Positions 17,491 through 28,439 of a stretch of 64,000 bases of DNA are shown here, in pieces. The notes under the pieces are model-generated. The model was given only the letters and a program-made list of their open reading frames with translations. It had not been told where the DNA came from and searched no databases. The stretch's first letter is position 1, and each line of letters starts with the position of its first letter. The DNA is from an uncultured virus (IMG/VR IMGVR_UViG_3300020148_000038) (lineage: Duplodnaviria > Heunggongvirae > Uroviricota > Caudoviricetes), in the IMG/VR virus record IMGVR_UViG_3300020148_000038. One strand, given 5' to 3'. A program made the position numbers and the translations under genes.

Positions 17491-18510
17491 TTATTTGCGA
17501 AAGTCTATGTCGAGCTTGGTAACTTTTTGCTTCTTGTTTGCGTTTCTATGGATAAGTTTAGTTACATCGGATGCTCTACTTTCATCCAATGTGTAGAAGA
17601 ACGGCTTATCGTCTAGCGCAAACCAAGCCGTTCTTGCATTGGCGGATCTTCTTCCGCCGCCGAAGAAGGCGTCATCAAAACCAGAGTATATTTTGTTGTT
17701 TCCGAGAATAGAGTTGTGATGTCCGGACTGTCTTGCAGAGCCATCAACAGACTTCAGCACCGCTGCGGCATCTGCAATATCTTGACCGACGAAATAAACG
17801 GTTCTGTTTACACCGTTGATGGTTACTGGTACTTCTGCGTATTCTAATTTTTCAGAGTCGCGTAGTGTCCCAATTGCTCTAGGAATGGCTCCGAATTCGT
17901 ATTCGGACGCGCCCATGTATTCCAACTCGTAATGTGTGTCAAACGAGCCTTCGTCCCCACCAGAACTCTCCATTCTTCTATTAAATATTTGAGAGAGATA
18001 GAATCTTTTTGTGTCCCTTTTTGAAATCCCAGGAACATTCACTCCAACTGTTTCTGCGGATTGACCGAAGATGGCGTTTTCAACTTCATTGTCTTTGTCT
18101 TCGTAACTCGAACTCTCGGGGATATCGAAAGTATCCATAGGTACATCTTCTAGACCCGAGGCGGCGATGATTTGTTTAGCAGCTTCTAATTCATTGGACG
18201 GAGAGAAAGAATGGAGTTCGCCTGCCAGGTGTTCACTCAAAGCTCCGAAGTAGACGAAATTAGGATTAGATAAGTCTTCGAAGAACATCTTAACCCTCTC
18301 CACATCACGCTCTAGAATTCTAGGGTTAGGAGCCTGTCCGTTATACATGACGGTGTTGATGATATTTTTGGTCTTCATGAACAAAGACCTGTTAGCCACC
18401 TTGTTGACTGCTTCGAAGTTTCTTGCGTTGGCTTCCTTGTTCAGATTCTTATGAACGGTGGTTCTTTTGCCGTTCTTGTCAATGATTTGGGTGGGGGTAA
18501 GATTGTTCAT
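17491..18510 (-). CDS. DKNG-leader family protein with YMGASEYEFGAIP domain
   Basis: LTPTQIIDKNGKRTTVHKN; promoter TGTC(18538-18535)-N12-TAGCAT-N6-ATG. Confidence 0.85.
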   Translation of the reverse strand: MNNLTPTQIIDKNGKRTTVHKNLNKEANARNFEAVNKVANRSLFMKTKNIINTVMYNGQAPNPRILERDVERVKMFFEDLSNPNFVYFGALSEHLAGELHSFSPSNELEAAKQIIAASGLEDVPMDTFDIPESSSYEDKDNEVENAIFGQSAETVGVNVPGISKRDTKRFYLSQIFNRRMESSGGDEGSFDTHYELEYMGASEYEFGAIPRAIGTLRDSEKLEYAEVPVTINGVNRTVYFVGQDIADAAAVLKSVDGSARQSGHHNSILGNNKIYSGFDDAFFGGGRRSANARTAWFALDDKPFFYTLDESRASDVTKLIHRNANKKQKVTKLDIDFRK

Positions 18511-18605
18511 ATCTATATGCTAATTCTAGCTTCCGACACTGATTGCAGGTTGTCAAAAACCAGCTAATATGTTATAGTTGTTTTGCTAGAAAGGCGGGTT
18601 CAAAT

Positions 18606-19793
18606 ATGACGAAAATCGGTTTTGACGGGAATAAGCTGATTGTTCCCGATGACCCCACTCTCCTTTATATCGAGGGAGATGGTATTGGTAAGGATATTTG
18701 GAAAACTGCCCAGAAGGTATTCGACGCAGCAGTTATCCAGACTTATCAGGGTAAGCGTAAGGTTGACTGGATGGAAGTCCTGGCTGGGGGCAAGGCTTAT
18801 GAGGAAACCCTTGACTGGCTTCCTGCTGAAACGGTCGATAGCATTCGTGAGTATCTTGTAGCTATCAAGGGTCCGCTGGCTACTCCTACCGGTGACGGAT
18901 ACAGGTCGCTTAACGTCGCCATGCGTCAGGAGTTCGATCTGTATACATGTCTTCGTCCAATTCGTTATTTCGATGGAGCACCTAGCCCGGTCAAGAATCC
19001 CGAGAAGGTGAATATGACCATCTTCCGCGAGAACACCGAAGATATTTACTCCGGTATCGAATGGAATGCAGGCTCGGTCGCTGCGAAGTGGATCATTGAA
19101 TGGATGCAGCGTGAGCTTGGTGTTAACAACATCCGTTTCCCGAACTCCACGAGTATTGGGATCAAGCCGATTTCCGTAGAGGGCAGTAAGCGGCTTGTTC
19201 GGGCGGCTATCGAATATGCTTTGAGCCACGACAAGAAGATCGTAACCATCGTTCATAAGGGCAACATCCAGAAGTTCACCGAGGGTGGCTTCCTGAAGTG
19301 GGGACATGAGGTTGCACAGGAAGAATATGCCGAGCAGTTGGCATCGGGCAGGCTTATTGTCAACGACATCATTGCCGATAATTTCCTTCAGCAGGCTCTC
19401 ATCCTCCCTGAACAGTTCGAGGTTGTAGCGCTTACCAACCTGAATGGCGACTATGCTTCTGATGCTGTGGCTGCTCAGGTCGGAGGCATCGGAATCTCCC
19501 CCGGTGGAAACATCAACTACAAGACTGGACATGCCATCTTCGAGGCTACTCACGGAACCGCTCCTGATATTGCTGGTAAGAACTTGGCTAACCCCTGCTC
19601 GGTTATTTTGAGTGGCGCGATGATGTTTGACTACATCGGCTGGACAGAGGTTTCTGAACTCATTGTCAAGGCGGTGGAAGAAACTATCGCTCACAAGACT
19701 GTTACCGGCGATTTCGCTCGGTTGATGGACGATGCAACCCAGGTGACAACAAGTGAATTCGGTGAGTTGCTTATTGGACAGATGGTGCGGTAA
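18606..19793 (+). CDS. icd: homodimeric isocitrate dehydrogenase, predicted NAD+-specific
   Basis: [30 protein letters not shown] and [12 protein letters not shown] motifs; Asp-Ile at the coenzyme positions. Confidence 0.95.
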   Translation: MTKIGFDGNKLIVPDDPTLLYIEGDGIGKDIWKTAQKVFDAAVIQTYQGKRKVDWMEVLAGGKAYEETLDWLPAETVDSIREYLVAIKGPLATPTGDGYRSLNVAMRQEFDLYTCLRPIRYFDGAPSPVKNPEKVNMTIFRENTEDIYSGIEWNAGSVAAKWIIEWMQRELGVNNIRFPNSTSIGIKPISVEGSKRLVRAAIEYALSHDKKIVTIVHKGNIQKFTEGGFLKWGHEVAQEEYAEQLASGRLIVNDIIADNFLQQALILPEQFEVVALTNLNGDYASDAVAAQVGGIGISPGGNINYKTGHAIFEATHGTAPDIAGKNLANPCSVILSGAMMFDYIGWTEVSELIVKAVEETIAHKTVTGDFARLMDDATQVTTSEFGELLIGQMVR

Positions 19794-20443
19794 TGGACTC
19801 TCGAAGATCCGTTATTTTGGCGAATACGGATTCACAGCAATATCCTGAATTGGATACAGATGTTGCCTACATTAAATCTGAAAAAGCATTTAGGGCAAAC
19901 TTCATAACTCCTAAAGCAGCATTGCTGGAATCTTTGCAGGAAAACCTTGCGTTTAGACCTTACAAAACCAAGGGTGACAACCGCTTGCTGAATCGTAAGG
20001 AATATATTGAGATTGGTGAATTCGGATTGACCGCTCTATTCGTCCTCATCAACAATGTGACGCCAGCTAAAGATTCTCTGATCGCATTAAAACTGATACA
20101 TAATTCTGGCATCAACCTTTCCGAGATTGTATCTCGAATAGACACAAGAATTACAAGGGATAGATGGGTTGTGTCTAGGAATTTTGGGCTTCTCAAGAAG
20201 ACCGGTAAGAAAACAAATAATTGGATTAGAAATGCGGATGCTCTTGCTTTGAGCTTAGTATTTCATGCCAGCTATTCCTATCGCGAATTAACAGAAATCG
20301 AGGCTCGTGAATTGGTGCAGGCATACCGAGAATACGGAGGCAATGTATTGATGCCTCTCGTTGCCAGAGGTGTCCCCATTCACCATATTCCGAGTGTCGT
20401 TAATCACAATATCGATATTGATATAACGATGGCGATTGGTTGA
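19793..20443 (+). CDS. C-terminal IDxD-module family protein
   Basis: ends RGVPIHHIPSVVNHNIDIDITMAIG; TAATG-coupled to icd. Confidence 0.8.
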   Translation: MDSRRSVILANTDSQQYPELDTDVAYIKSEKAFRANFITPKAALLESLQENLAFRPYKTKGDNRLLNRKEYIEIGEFGLTALFVLINNVTPAKDSLIALKLIHNSGINLSEIVSRIDTRITRDRWVVSRNFGLLKKTGKKTNNWIRNADALALSLVFHASYSYRELTEIEARELVQAYREYGGNVLMPLVARGVPIHHIPSVVNHNIDIDITMAIG

Positions 20444-21404
20444 TTCATTAAGAAGGCGGAATATGGTTATAATGAAGTCATCGAGTGATGAAGTGGTTTT
20501 GGATATCAGTCACATCACCGCATCAAAAACGGTAGTTATTCCCGAAAGACATATTGGACTTCCCGAGATAGATCGCGTATTAATCAATAAGTCGGATAAC
20601 TCTGTTCTTGTTGATATTTACTACACGATGGTTGAATTTCCATATATCGGAAATAAAGCAATCACTCATTATGCTGCTGGAAATTTTGAATACTACATTT
20701 CTCAATCCATATCCTCTGGCTCTTTAAGCAAGATTGTTGGAAAAGAACTGGTTGAATATACAACCATTTTCTCAGATGACAAAATTCAAACATCTCTTCT
20801 TAAAACAAAGGTGATAACCGGAATTTCAGAAATCTCCGAAATTGATGTCATGGAAATCATTGACGAATTTGAATCAAGTGCTGGTATAGACAATATTAAG
20901 TCGGTTCGCGCTAAAGTGATTGAATTATATAACGAATGGGCAGAGAAGGCTAAAATCCTCCCTTTTCTCAACCGAGAAAGAATTAACCTTTATGGCTTTA
21001 ATACGCCTGATGATATGTACGAAAACATTATGGGCTTATTTATCATCAGGCTTTTGGCAGCGATTACCAACAATCTACAATTCAATCCTACTGAATTAGC
21101 CGAACATTTCCAAAATGTTTATAGCCGAAAAGATGTTTTTAGGGCTTTAGCAGAAATAGAAATACACCTCAATGAAGTTGTACAAGTTGCGTCCACCGCC
21201 CGTACTGTAAACGGTGATAAAGTCTATATATCAGAACTGCATGCACAAGAAATATGGAAGCGTCGCATTCAAGATGTCATCGATAAGCCATACCTCGGTG
21301 AATGGTATCAAGCTGGTTTTTATCAAGAAGAGGATGTCAATAGGTTTATTAGCAACGGCGTAGATGTCAATGTTGCTTTAGCTTTGGAGATGAATAATGG
21401 ATAA
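20436..21404 (+). CDS. C-terminal IDxD-module family protein
   Basis: ends WYQAGFYQEEDVNRFISNGVDVNVALAL. Confidence 0.8.
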   Translation: MVDSLRRRNMVIMKSSSDEVVLDISHITASKTVVIPERHIGLPEIDRVLINKSDNSVLVDIYYTMVEFPYIGNKAITHYAAGNFEYYISQSISSGSLSKIVGKELVEYTTIFSDDKIQTSLLKTKVITGISEISEIDVMEIIDEFESSAGIDNIKSVRAKVIELYNEWAEKAKILPFLNRERINLYGFNTPDDMYENIMGLFIIRLLAAITNNLQFNPTELAEHFQNVYSRKDVFRALAEIEIHLNEVVQVASTARTVNGDKVYISELHAQEIWKRRIQDVIDKPYLGEWYQAGFYQEEDVNRFISNGVDVNVALALEMNNG

Positions 21405-22449
21405 TACTTCTAAGCCAATAGATGTTTATGGGAATATCCCTCAATTTCAATATAAGGTTAACCATTCCTCTAGAGTTAATTCCTTTAACAATGCCGAATA
21501 CAAAGAAAGTGGCGCAATGTATATTGGTTTATCTGAACATGAAAAACTAGATGTAATAGAACAAATTGATGTATATGGAACCAAGCTTGCTGCATTGAAT
21601 TTACATCACTATGCAAGGCTTGGTGACTTTATCGAAGTTAATGTTGATTTAGATATGGGTATCAGCTTCTCGAATTATAATCTTTCGTATTATACCAAAT
21701 ATGCAGCTATAGATAGTTTAGTGGATTTCATTGAACTCCATAATATTTCTCTTCGTTCGGGAACCGTCGTAAATAAAGAGCATGATTTGTTTTACGAATT
21801 TGGATTCTCTGTAAGTATAAATGATGTCGGTTTTATGGATAACGGGGTTCCTCAAATCAACGTCGATTTGTTACTGAATCGGATATTGGCGAATTTCGAT
21901 AAAGTCAATCATTCTGAGGCTATTGATGAAATCAAGAAACTATATAGCGAGTGGCATGATTTCTATGCTGATTTATTAGAGTACGATAAGAATTTCCCGC
22001 GCCCGGAGTTTAAGTTTCATCATAATGACGAGCTTTTCAAATTCGGGGTTAATCGAGCTATCGAACACTTTGTTTCTTCTTATAGTCCTCGGAGGAAAGA
22101 GCCTTCGTTATCCTATTATTCAGAAGTAGATGAGCTAGACAAAGACCGTGAATTTATCACCGAAGTTTCATATCTTGAAAAAAGTAGAGATGGGTATGAG
22201 AAATATCAAGACGGTTCTTTGATTGCCGAAGTTTGTATATGGTGGAATACCGTGTTCGAAGGCAACATCCTGCTCGCTGGTACGGGTATTCCAGAATCCG
22301 CTCGTAAATGGATTGAGATATATTCGTCCAGCCTTGATGAAACCGATATCGAATGGCTAAAGCTTGGAATAGAGCTTAAAGATATAGAGGTGTGCAAGTC
22401 GGCAGGTATAGATGTCGATGTCTATCTGGCTTCACGCTCATCCAAGTAG
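21397..22449 (+). CDS. C-terminal IDxD-module family protein
   Basis: ends WLKLGIELKDIEVCKSAGIDVDVYLASR. Confidence 0.8.
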   Translation: MDNTSKPIDVYGNIPQFQYKVNHSSRVNSFNNAEYKESGAMYIGLSEHEKLDVIEQIDVYGTKLAALNLHHYARLGDFIEVNVDLDMGISFSNYNLSYYTKYAAIDSLVDFIELHNISLRSGTVVNKEHDLFYEFGFSVSINDVGFMDNGVPQINVDLLLNRILANFDKVNHSEAIDEIKKLYSEWHDFYADLLEYDKNFPRPEFKFHHNDELFKFGVNRAIEHFVSSYSPRRKEPSLSYYSEVDELDKDREFITEVSYLEKSRDGYEKYQDGSLIAEVCIWWNTVFEGNILLAGTGIPESARKWIEIYSSSLDETDIEWLKLGIELKDIEVCKSAGIDVDVYLASRSSK

Positions 22450-22497
22450 CTGGTGTCACACCGGTCTTATAGTATATAGATGAAAGGTAGTCAAACT

Positions 22498-23058
22498 ATG
22501 TCCCATCTCATTCCACAAGCAAGAGCCGACCGCAATGGAAAGGTTGTCACCAGGCATGTCAAGCCGGATGTCGCAACCGATAATGCGCGTGTAGCCCCCT
22601 CCCCTACTTCTTCCAGCGCCGTCGCTCCAGAGTATTCACAGATAGCTCCCAATCTCAATGTTTCTGAATTGGATGAAAAGGGTCAATCCGTTCATATGTC
22701 TCTGAGGTTCTTCTTGGAATCCACAGACCGTTTCCTAGACTCCTTTGCGGAAAACATGAGGGAGAGAATGAATGCGGACTCTAAGAAGGAATGGTTCGAC
22801 TGGGGTAATCTTCAGGATGCGGTAACCATCGCAGCTACGCAGAACAATGTAGCCCGCATCAAGCAGAATCTAAACAAAGTCGAAAGTGCCGAAGATTTTG
22901 ACAGCTTGATCGAAAACATCAAGTACACCGCCAACGACAACATCAAGAGATTCGCGCGTAATGGTGGTTCTAGTCGTTCAACTTCTGAAACAAGTAATCT
23001 CGTCGCGGCCGAAGAGGCGGCGTTCTGGGCAAGGATTCTCGAAAGGGTAGACTTCTAA
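22498..23058 (+). CDS. DKNG-leader family protein (DRNG variant)
   Basis: LIPQARADRNGKVVTRHVK; promoter TGTC(22454-22457)-N12-TAGTAT; GAAAGG SD. Confidence 0.85.
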   Translation: MSHLIPQARADRNGKVVTRHVKPDVATDNARVAPSPTSSSAVAPEYSQIAPNLNVSELDEKGQSVHMSLRFFLESTDRFLDSFAENMRERMNADSKKEWFDWGNLQDAVTIAATQNNVARIKQNLNKVESAEDFDSLIENIKYTANDNIKRFARNGGSSRSTSETSNLVAAEEAAFWARILERVDF

Positions 23059-23766
23059 ATGTCAGATCTCGTTCCTGTACCCATAGTTGATAAGAATGGT
23101 AAGCACACAACCGTTCATAAGAGATTGCACAATCAGATAAAGAGCGTTCGTGCTGCTGTAGTTCAAATCAGGAGCTTTTCCAATGAAGAACCTGAAACCG
23201 TATCATTCGAAGAGGCTTTGAACATAGCTCGCGAGGTAGACCCTGACGCCAAGGTTCTCGTTAAAGAAGGTAAAACATTCATCAGGGTTGATGATGGCAA
23301 TTTGGACATCGAGGTGCCTTGGACTCTTTCAGATGAACTTCCAGGTATATTCAAGGGCACATATGCGGAGAGTGCCCTTGCTCAAAAGGACGAAACTTAC
23401 GGTGATGAGCTTCATAGATGGGCTGATGCTCATAGTATTTATTCATACACACCCACCCCTGTTATTGCCGCTTATTACAACATCGAGGCTAACAAAATGG
23501 CATTGAAGAGGGAATGGATAGAGAAGAAGGCTGCCAAGTTAGGCGTTAGGAATCCTAATGAAATCATGAATGCTATCGTTCAGTACGAAAAAGAGAACGG
23601 GCTAACGAAAACATTGGGTCTGAAGAATCTCCCCGGCATCCTTCCTGAAGAAATCGAGCTTTTCGAAGAACATGTTTCTCAGACTCCAAACACTGAAATC
23701 AGAAAGTATATCGATAAAGAGAACAAGGTCTGGTTTGATTTCATTGATAGTTGCGAATCTTACTAA
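23059..23766 (+). CDS. DKNG-leader family protein
   Basis: LVPVPIVDKNGKHTTVHKR; directly abuts the upstream family gene. Confidence 0.85.
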   Translation: MSDLVPVPIVDKNGKHTTVHKRLHNQIKSVRAAVVQIRSFSNEEPETVSFEEALNIAREVDPDAKVLVKEGKTFIRVDDGNLDIEVPWTLSDELPGIFKGTYAESALAQKDETYGDELHRWADAHSIYSYTPTPVIAAYYNIEANKMALKREWIEKKAAKLGVRNPNEIMNAIVQYEKENGLTKTLGLKNLPGILPEEIELFEEHVSQTPNTEIRKYIDKENKVWFDFIDSCESY

Positions 23767-23860
23767 CTGCTAACTTCTTCGTCATTATCGGCTCTTATGG
23801 CGACATCTACCGTCATAAAAAAAGCTTGATATCTAAAACCGATACATCTAGAATGTCATC

Positions 23861-24070
23861 ATGTTAGCAAGGGTCTTGAACACGGCGATCTTCTTCTCAA
23901 TAGTTGGTTTTATGATTTTGTCTGTACTTTGTATCAACGATTTAGTGTCGGATTCATACCCCGTGTTCAACCGCGAGATTCTTTTCAACTCGACAAGTTT
24001 CTTTGCAGCACTCGGTATTGTTGCATTGATGGCGCGTACCCGTTTTACCGCGCACGAAGACGAAAGCTAA
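23861..24070 (+). CDS. small two-TM membrane protein
   Basis: hydrophobic; TTGATA-N17-TAGAAT-N6-ATG. Confidence 0.65.
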   Translation: MLARVLNTAIFFSIVGFMILSVLCINDLVSDSYPVFNREILFNSTSFFAALGIVALMARTRFTAHEDES

Positions 24071-24577
24071 TTACCTTTCGTCAAGAATATCTTCAGCGCT
24101 GAGCCTCTGGATGAACTCTCCTAGAGTTCCTTCCATTCTCAGTTGTCCGTCGAATTTTCCACACTCACAACGCGCATCGGCGTTGAAGCCTCTGCACTCG
24201 TTATCGTCAGTGAAAGTTCCAGCGAACTCTACCCATTCGTCTTCATAGATTTTGGTAAGTTCGGTAATCTTGCAATTGTTTAAATGCGCAGCCATTCTGT
24301 CGTCAACCCATCCATATACTGATGGTTTAGAATCTAAGGGTCGCCCTTCTCTTGCTATGGTTTTTGCGAGCTTGATGCGATACTTTTGCCCCCACTGGAC
24401 TTCTGGCGAGTGTTCGTCCATCGTCAGAAGATTTTCTGGAACTTCAACATCGTTATTAGATGTAGGTGCTTGCTTGATAACTCTTTTCATATTGTCGGAT
24501 GTCGGAGTTTTATGAACGGTAGTTTTCTTTCCGTTCTTATCAATTATTTGAGTGGGTACTGTACGAGATGTCTTCAT
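24071..24577 (-). CDS. DKNG-leader family protein, Cys-containing
   Basis: VPTQIIDKNGKKTTVHKT; promoter TGAC(24605-24602)-N12-TAAGCT-N6-ATG. Confidence 0.85.
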   Translation of the reverse strand: MKTSRTVPTQIIDKNGKKTTVHKTPTSDNMKRVIKQAPTSNNDVEVPENLLTMDEHSPEVQWGQKYRIKLAKTIAREGRPLDSKPSVYGWVDDRMAAHLNNCKITELTKIYEDEWVEFAGTFTDDNECRGFNADARCECGKFDGQLRMEGTLGEFIQRLSAEDILDER

Positions 24578-24758
24578 AGATGTAGCTTACCATTCGCCCA
24601 TGTCAATTGATTTGACCTAGGCTTTTCATCGTGTTATACTAAAATCTGTACAGTAAGCCATTCGCATTCATGCATAGAGGTGCGAACTTGGCGAAGAAAG
24701 AGCCGTCATTCTTGGGACGGCTCTTTCCTTTTGTCTTGATACAAGCTAAAATAGTTCC

Positions 24759-25226
24759 ATGTTGGAAGACGGCTTTGATACTAAAGGTCTGTATCGCAAA
24801 ATCCTTGACTGTGGACATCACATGCTGGATTCATATGGCATCCCTGATTCTATCTTGACAGAAGACGGACTAATCGGCGTCGAAGTTGTTCAATGGTCTG
24901 ATGTCGAGGTAGCTGGAGAATATTATCTATCTCGTCCAGTGATTCGGGATGTCAATTATCCGGAATATCTGATGTTCTCCGACAAGTCCTCTTACCCTAA
25001 TGGTGATGTTGTCGAGCGCATTTACACCTTCTACAACGATTCTGGTCATTCACTCCAACAAACTCCAGAACCAATTTACGACCTAAAGGATGGGATGACA
25101 CTCCACGATTATCTCAGTGGGATTTTCGAGCAGTTCGGGCTTTCTCATTTCAATGATGAGCTTGACTTTCTCCTTTACAAAATGGAGAAGGGTTCTTCGA
25201 TCATTTCCGGCTCTCATCAAAATTGA
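24759..25226 (+). CDS. hypothetical protein
   Basis: 155-aa ORF; TAAAAT-N6-ATG leaderless. Confidence 0.7.
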   Translation: MLEDGFDTKGLYRKILDCGHHMLDSYGIPDSILTEDGLIGVEVVQWSDVEVAGEYYLSRPVIRDVNYPEYLMFSDKSSYPNGDVVERIYTFYNDSGHSLQQTPEPIYDLKDGMTLHDYLSGIFEQFGLSHFNDELDFLLYKMEKGSSIISGSHQN

Positions 25227-25272
25227 CATAACCTCTTTCGTCTAGTATGATTAGATTAATTAAGGAGGAACC

Positions 25273-25923
25273 GTGATCCCAGGTAGTAGCGTCAATGTTG
25301 GCAATTCGGTAGCCAACATGTACCGGTTTGATCCGCCCTCCCACCAGTTCGACTTTATGGAAAGCGTTAAGTTCACAACTCAGGTTAATAACAACCCTGA
25401 GTTCGTAAAGAAGTGGCGAGAAACCCAGAGCCATAGCTTTCGCCAGTTTGACGACTGGTACTTTGATGTTCACGGTTATCATACCGACCCTTTAAATCCG
25501 GGTAATTTCCCTACCGGTGAATTTTTCGTGGACAACTTCAAGAAGGGGTTTGAAGTTTTTGAAGGGCTGGGGTGGACGTACCTTTGCATGTACGGGTTGA
25601 GTATAGCCCGCAGCAATGGTATCTATTACAGCAACGGGATTGATGAATACCCGCTTGAATGGTTCAACATCACTCGTAAGCACGGGATTGATTGGCGAGA
25701 TGCTTACATGATGATCCGCGCCTTGGAGCGCAACCCCACTATGACCGCTGACAAGATCTTCTCGGTGTTCTGTGATATGTGTGAGAAGTTCGAGCGTTAT
25801 GGACGTGCAGAGTTCATGCCTAAGATTGACACTCTCCGTAGCAATTATCCTATTGAGGTCATCACCGCCAGTTGGGAACATCCTGACATCAGTAACGATA
25901 TTCTTCTTTCGATGCTTGTGTAA
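25273..25923 (+). CDS. C-terminal IDxD-module family protein
   Basis: ends NYPIEVITASWEHPDISNDILLSML; TTGACA(25223)-N17-TATGAT; AAGGAGG SD. Confidence 0.8.
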   Translation: MIPGSSVNVGNSVANMYRFDPPSHQFDFMESVKFTTQVNNNPEFVKKWRETQSHSFRQFDDWYFDVHGYHTDPLNPGNFPTGEFFVDNFKKGFEVFEGLGWTYLCMYGLSIARSNGIYYSNGIDEYPLEWFNITRKHGIDWRDAYMMIRALERNPTMTADKIFSVFCDMCEKFERYGRAEFMPKIDTLRSNYPIEVITASWEHPDISNDILLSMLV

Positions 25924-25999
25924 TCTTGGTCGATTTCTTTCGTAATCAGGTTTTCTCCTTTTCTTGGTCTAAAATGTAGTTCAAGAGAAAAGGGATGGT

Positions 26000-26464
26000 A
26001 TGACTATCAGTTCTACCAAGGAACACTTCCACTCATCTCCTAACGGTACGAGTGGAAGCTACCAGGACTTCATAACCGATGGTGGGGTGAATACTATCAA
26101 GCCTCCGAAGCCGAGGAATGCGAAGAAGGCTTTCCCTCATCGACAGGGCTTCTCATCGGTAAGTGCAGAACGCTTCTATGATTCTCTGCTGGAGGGTATC
26201 GATGATTTAGACACCATCCTCAACAAGAGTGATTTGTTTTGTGATGATGTCAAGTTCGACATCGGAAGGCTCTGTGCCGTCAAAATAGTTTCAAGGGTTA
26301 TCTACCAAGTCAACGAGTATCCAGAAGTTGAAGATATGGTTACCGAGATATTACAAAGACTTGATGATTTCTACCATGACTGTCGCCACGATATGAGATA
26401 TCCCGAGTCTATGGGAGCACGAAGCATCAGAAGGAACGTCGAATCCTTCTTTGGGCTTACCTAG
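26000..26464 (+). CDS. hypothetical protein
   Basis: 154-aa ORF with AAAGGGA SD. Confidence 0.7.
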   Translation: MTISSTKEHFHSSPNGTSGSYQDFITDGGVNTIKPPKPRNAKKAFPHRQGFSSVSAERFYDSLLEGIDDLDTILNKSDLFCDDVKFDIGRLCAVKIVSRVIYQVNEYPEVEDMVTEILQRLDDFYHDCRHDMRYPESMGARSIRRNVESFFGLT

Positions 26465-26882
26465 ATTCTTCCAACTTCTTACGGTACTCTTCAGCCAAAA
26501 CTTCGGTCATGGCGAGCTTGCTTTCTAACTCTTTCCTTTCCTTGATGGCTTTCATTGCCTTCGCGGTTGCCACTTCAACGTAGACGAGGTTATAGATATC
26601 TTCCAACTCTTCGACGGAGATGGAATAATCATCATCGAAGTAGAATACCCCTTCGTGATAATCCGTGAAGTTCCCGTTGGAATAAATCCATTCATTTACC
26701 CAACTGTATTTGGTGTCGTAAATGACACCACCGGCTGCTTCGCAGGCGCGCTTTACCAACTTGAACTTCTCGGTGATGTACTTGACCACATTCCGACGAT
26801 CTTTCATGTACTCAGAGTGTGCTTTCTCGAACCGATTCATCATCTCGACTGTCTCGGCAGTTCTTGTGGTGCTGAAGCTCAT
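26457..26882 (-). CDS. hypothetical coiled-coil protein
   Basis: 141-aa ORF; GGAGG SD; TTGACT-N17-TATTAT. Confidence 0.75.
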   Translation of the reverse strand: MSFSTTRTAETVEMMNRFEKAHSEYMKDRRNVVKYITEKFKLVKRACEAAGGVIYDTKYSWVNEWIYSNGNFTDYHEGVFYFDDDYSISVEELEDIYNLVYVEVATAKAMKAIKERKELESKLAMTEVLAEEYRKKLEESR

Positions 26883-26924
26883 AGTAATATTCCTCCAACT
26901 AAAATAATATCAGGTAATCGGTTG

Positions 26925-27803
26925 TTAGTCAACTAGCGAGGACGCGATGATTTCCGGGTCGATGGAATATTTTATTCCATGTTCGATCATCGCACCGTCA
27001 ACGACCCCAACTCGGTAATACCTTGCCGCATCATCGAATGATATTCCTCTTAAACAGTAATCCCGTATCATCTTTTCCACTTGTGGTTGATAAGAGAATT
27101 TATCGGTTGTGGACTTTGATACATAATCTGTGATGAGAATAGTCCAAGAAAGAGTTGGCGTGGAATCCACATCGCAGTTCTCCAGCATTCTAGAAACCAA
27201 CCTTTTGATATTAGAGTTCATTCGCCTAATATGGTTCTTCCTGAAGGCTTGTGGGAACCTGCTGATGGTGTGCAGTACCATCCCCATATAGACCGGGTAT
27301 TTCTTCATCGAAAAATCCGAATCAGATTTTGCCGGTGCCATACCTCCCAGCCCCGTTCCGGAAGTGAGGGTATAAAATGCTTCTAGGTCAATGGCGCGGG
27401 ACTCAGTGAAAATCTTCCCCTTCCAGTATTCTTCTGGGAACGTGAAGTAGTCTATCCAATTCGCATCTTCGGCTTTTTTCAGACTATAAGTGGGATTCTC
27501 TTTGAGAAAGTTGACGAAGGTGGTCAATGATTCCGGGGCTGCGTTGAACCGCAACAACATATCAGAATACAGTTGCGAGTATCCCAGCGTTCCTCTAACA
27601 ACCTCAGCCTCATCTGTCTCAATAATTTCCAGATAACGGTCTACCTCATTTTGGTGTGGTGTGCGCCGAAGCATGAAGTTTCGTTTTACGGCTTCTTTTC
27701 CATGAACGTACTCGTAGCAATCCTCACCATAGAGACGCTGTAATTCCTCTGACACCGGTATGAGTTCTCCCCAATACGTCCGGTCGAGGTCGCGCAGAAT
27801 CAT
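26925..27803 (-). CDS. C-terminal IDxD-module family protein
   Basis: ends YYRVGVVDGAMIEHGIKYSIDPEIIASSL; TTGACA(27838-27833)-N17-TAACAT-N6-ATG. Confidence 0.8.
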   Translation of the reverse strand: MILRDLDRTYWGELIPVSEELQRLYGEDCYEYVHGKEAVKRNFMLRRTPHQNEVDRYLEIIETDEAEVVRGTLGYSQLYSDMLLRFNAAPESLTTFVNFLKENPTYSLKKAEDANWIDYFTFPEEYWKGKIFTESRAIDLEAFYTLTSGTGLGGMAPAKSDSDFSMKKYPVYMGMVLHTISRFPQAFRKNHIRRMNSNIKRLVSRMLENCDVDSTPTLSWTILITDYVSKSTTDKFSYQPQVEKMIRDYCLRGISFDDAARYYRVGVVDGAMIEHGIKYSIDPEIIASSLVD

Positions 27804-27856
27804 ACATACATGTTATCGTGTTCTGTCACTGATGTCAATTTAGATAAGGCAAGGCT

Positions 27857-28387
27857 TTATTTGACGTTGTAGTTAAGCCACTGTTCGAATTCAACCTTTC
27901 GGTCGAATGTGTCTGGCTGGTTTGCATATCCGGTTGCGTTGATGATGTTGATGACTGCCTGCTTCACCTCTTCGCTGATTTTGAAGTAGCTTCTGGCGAG
28001 AGCGATTCTGTGTTCTGGTTGGTTTTCTCCAATGTAGATAGCGACCTGCTCCATTCCCACCATCTTCTGTAGATAGTTGATATTACGAAGTGGTACGGTT
28101 TTCCCGTTCTTCAATGTTATCGTGAAATCTTTCCAGTTGACGATGAGCGGCTTGTTCAGCTTCGCCAGTCCGAATACATACAAACCCATTCCTATTGCGT
28201 AGGCGGGGATAATCAGCCATAGGTAGGGGATTTGCACTACGTAGATGTTGAGAACGATGAGGGCTGGTATGAGAAAGATGGGCAGCCAGGTAACCGGGTT
28301 CTTCAATATCGCTTCTTTAGCTGTTCTGTGCCCAAGCGTTAGTATCTGGGTTTCTGGGTCGTAGTGTACGGTTGTGTAGAAGTTCAT
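27857..28387 (-). CDS. two-TM membrane protein
   Basis: two hydrophobic helices followed by a soluble domain. Confidence 0.75.
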   Translation of the reverse strand: MNFYTTVHYDPETQILTLGHRTAKEAILKNPVTWLPIFLIPALIVLNIYVVQIPYLWLIIPAYAIGMGLYVFGLAKLNKPLIVNWKDFTITLKNGKTVPLRNINYLQKMVGMEQVAIYIGENQPEHRIALARSYFKISEEVKQAVINIINATGYANQPDTFDRKVEFEQWLNYNVK

Positions 28388-28439
28388 GGACGGATGATAG
28401 CAGAGCAGTATTGTCGCTCCCGTCGTTTATGATTTTCGT

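Noticed and set aside
18600..19694. 364-aa antisense ORF
   Set aside because: Lies wholly opposite icd; typical shadow ORF from codon bias, with no motifs.
24734..24758. Possible TGTC-box promoter before 24759
   Set aside because: Spacing to the -10 is 11 rather than 12 nt and the gene has no DKNG leader; not counted.
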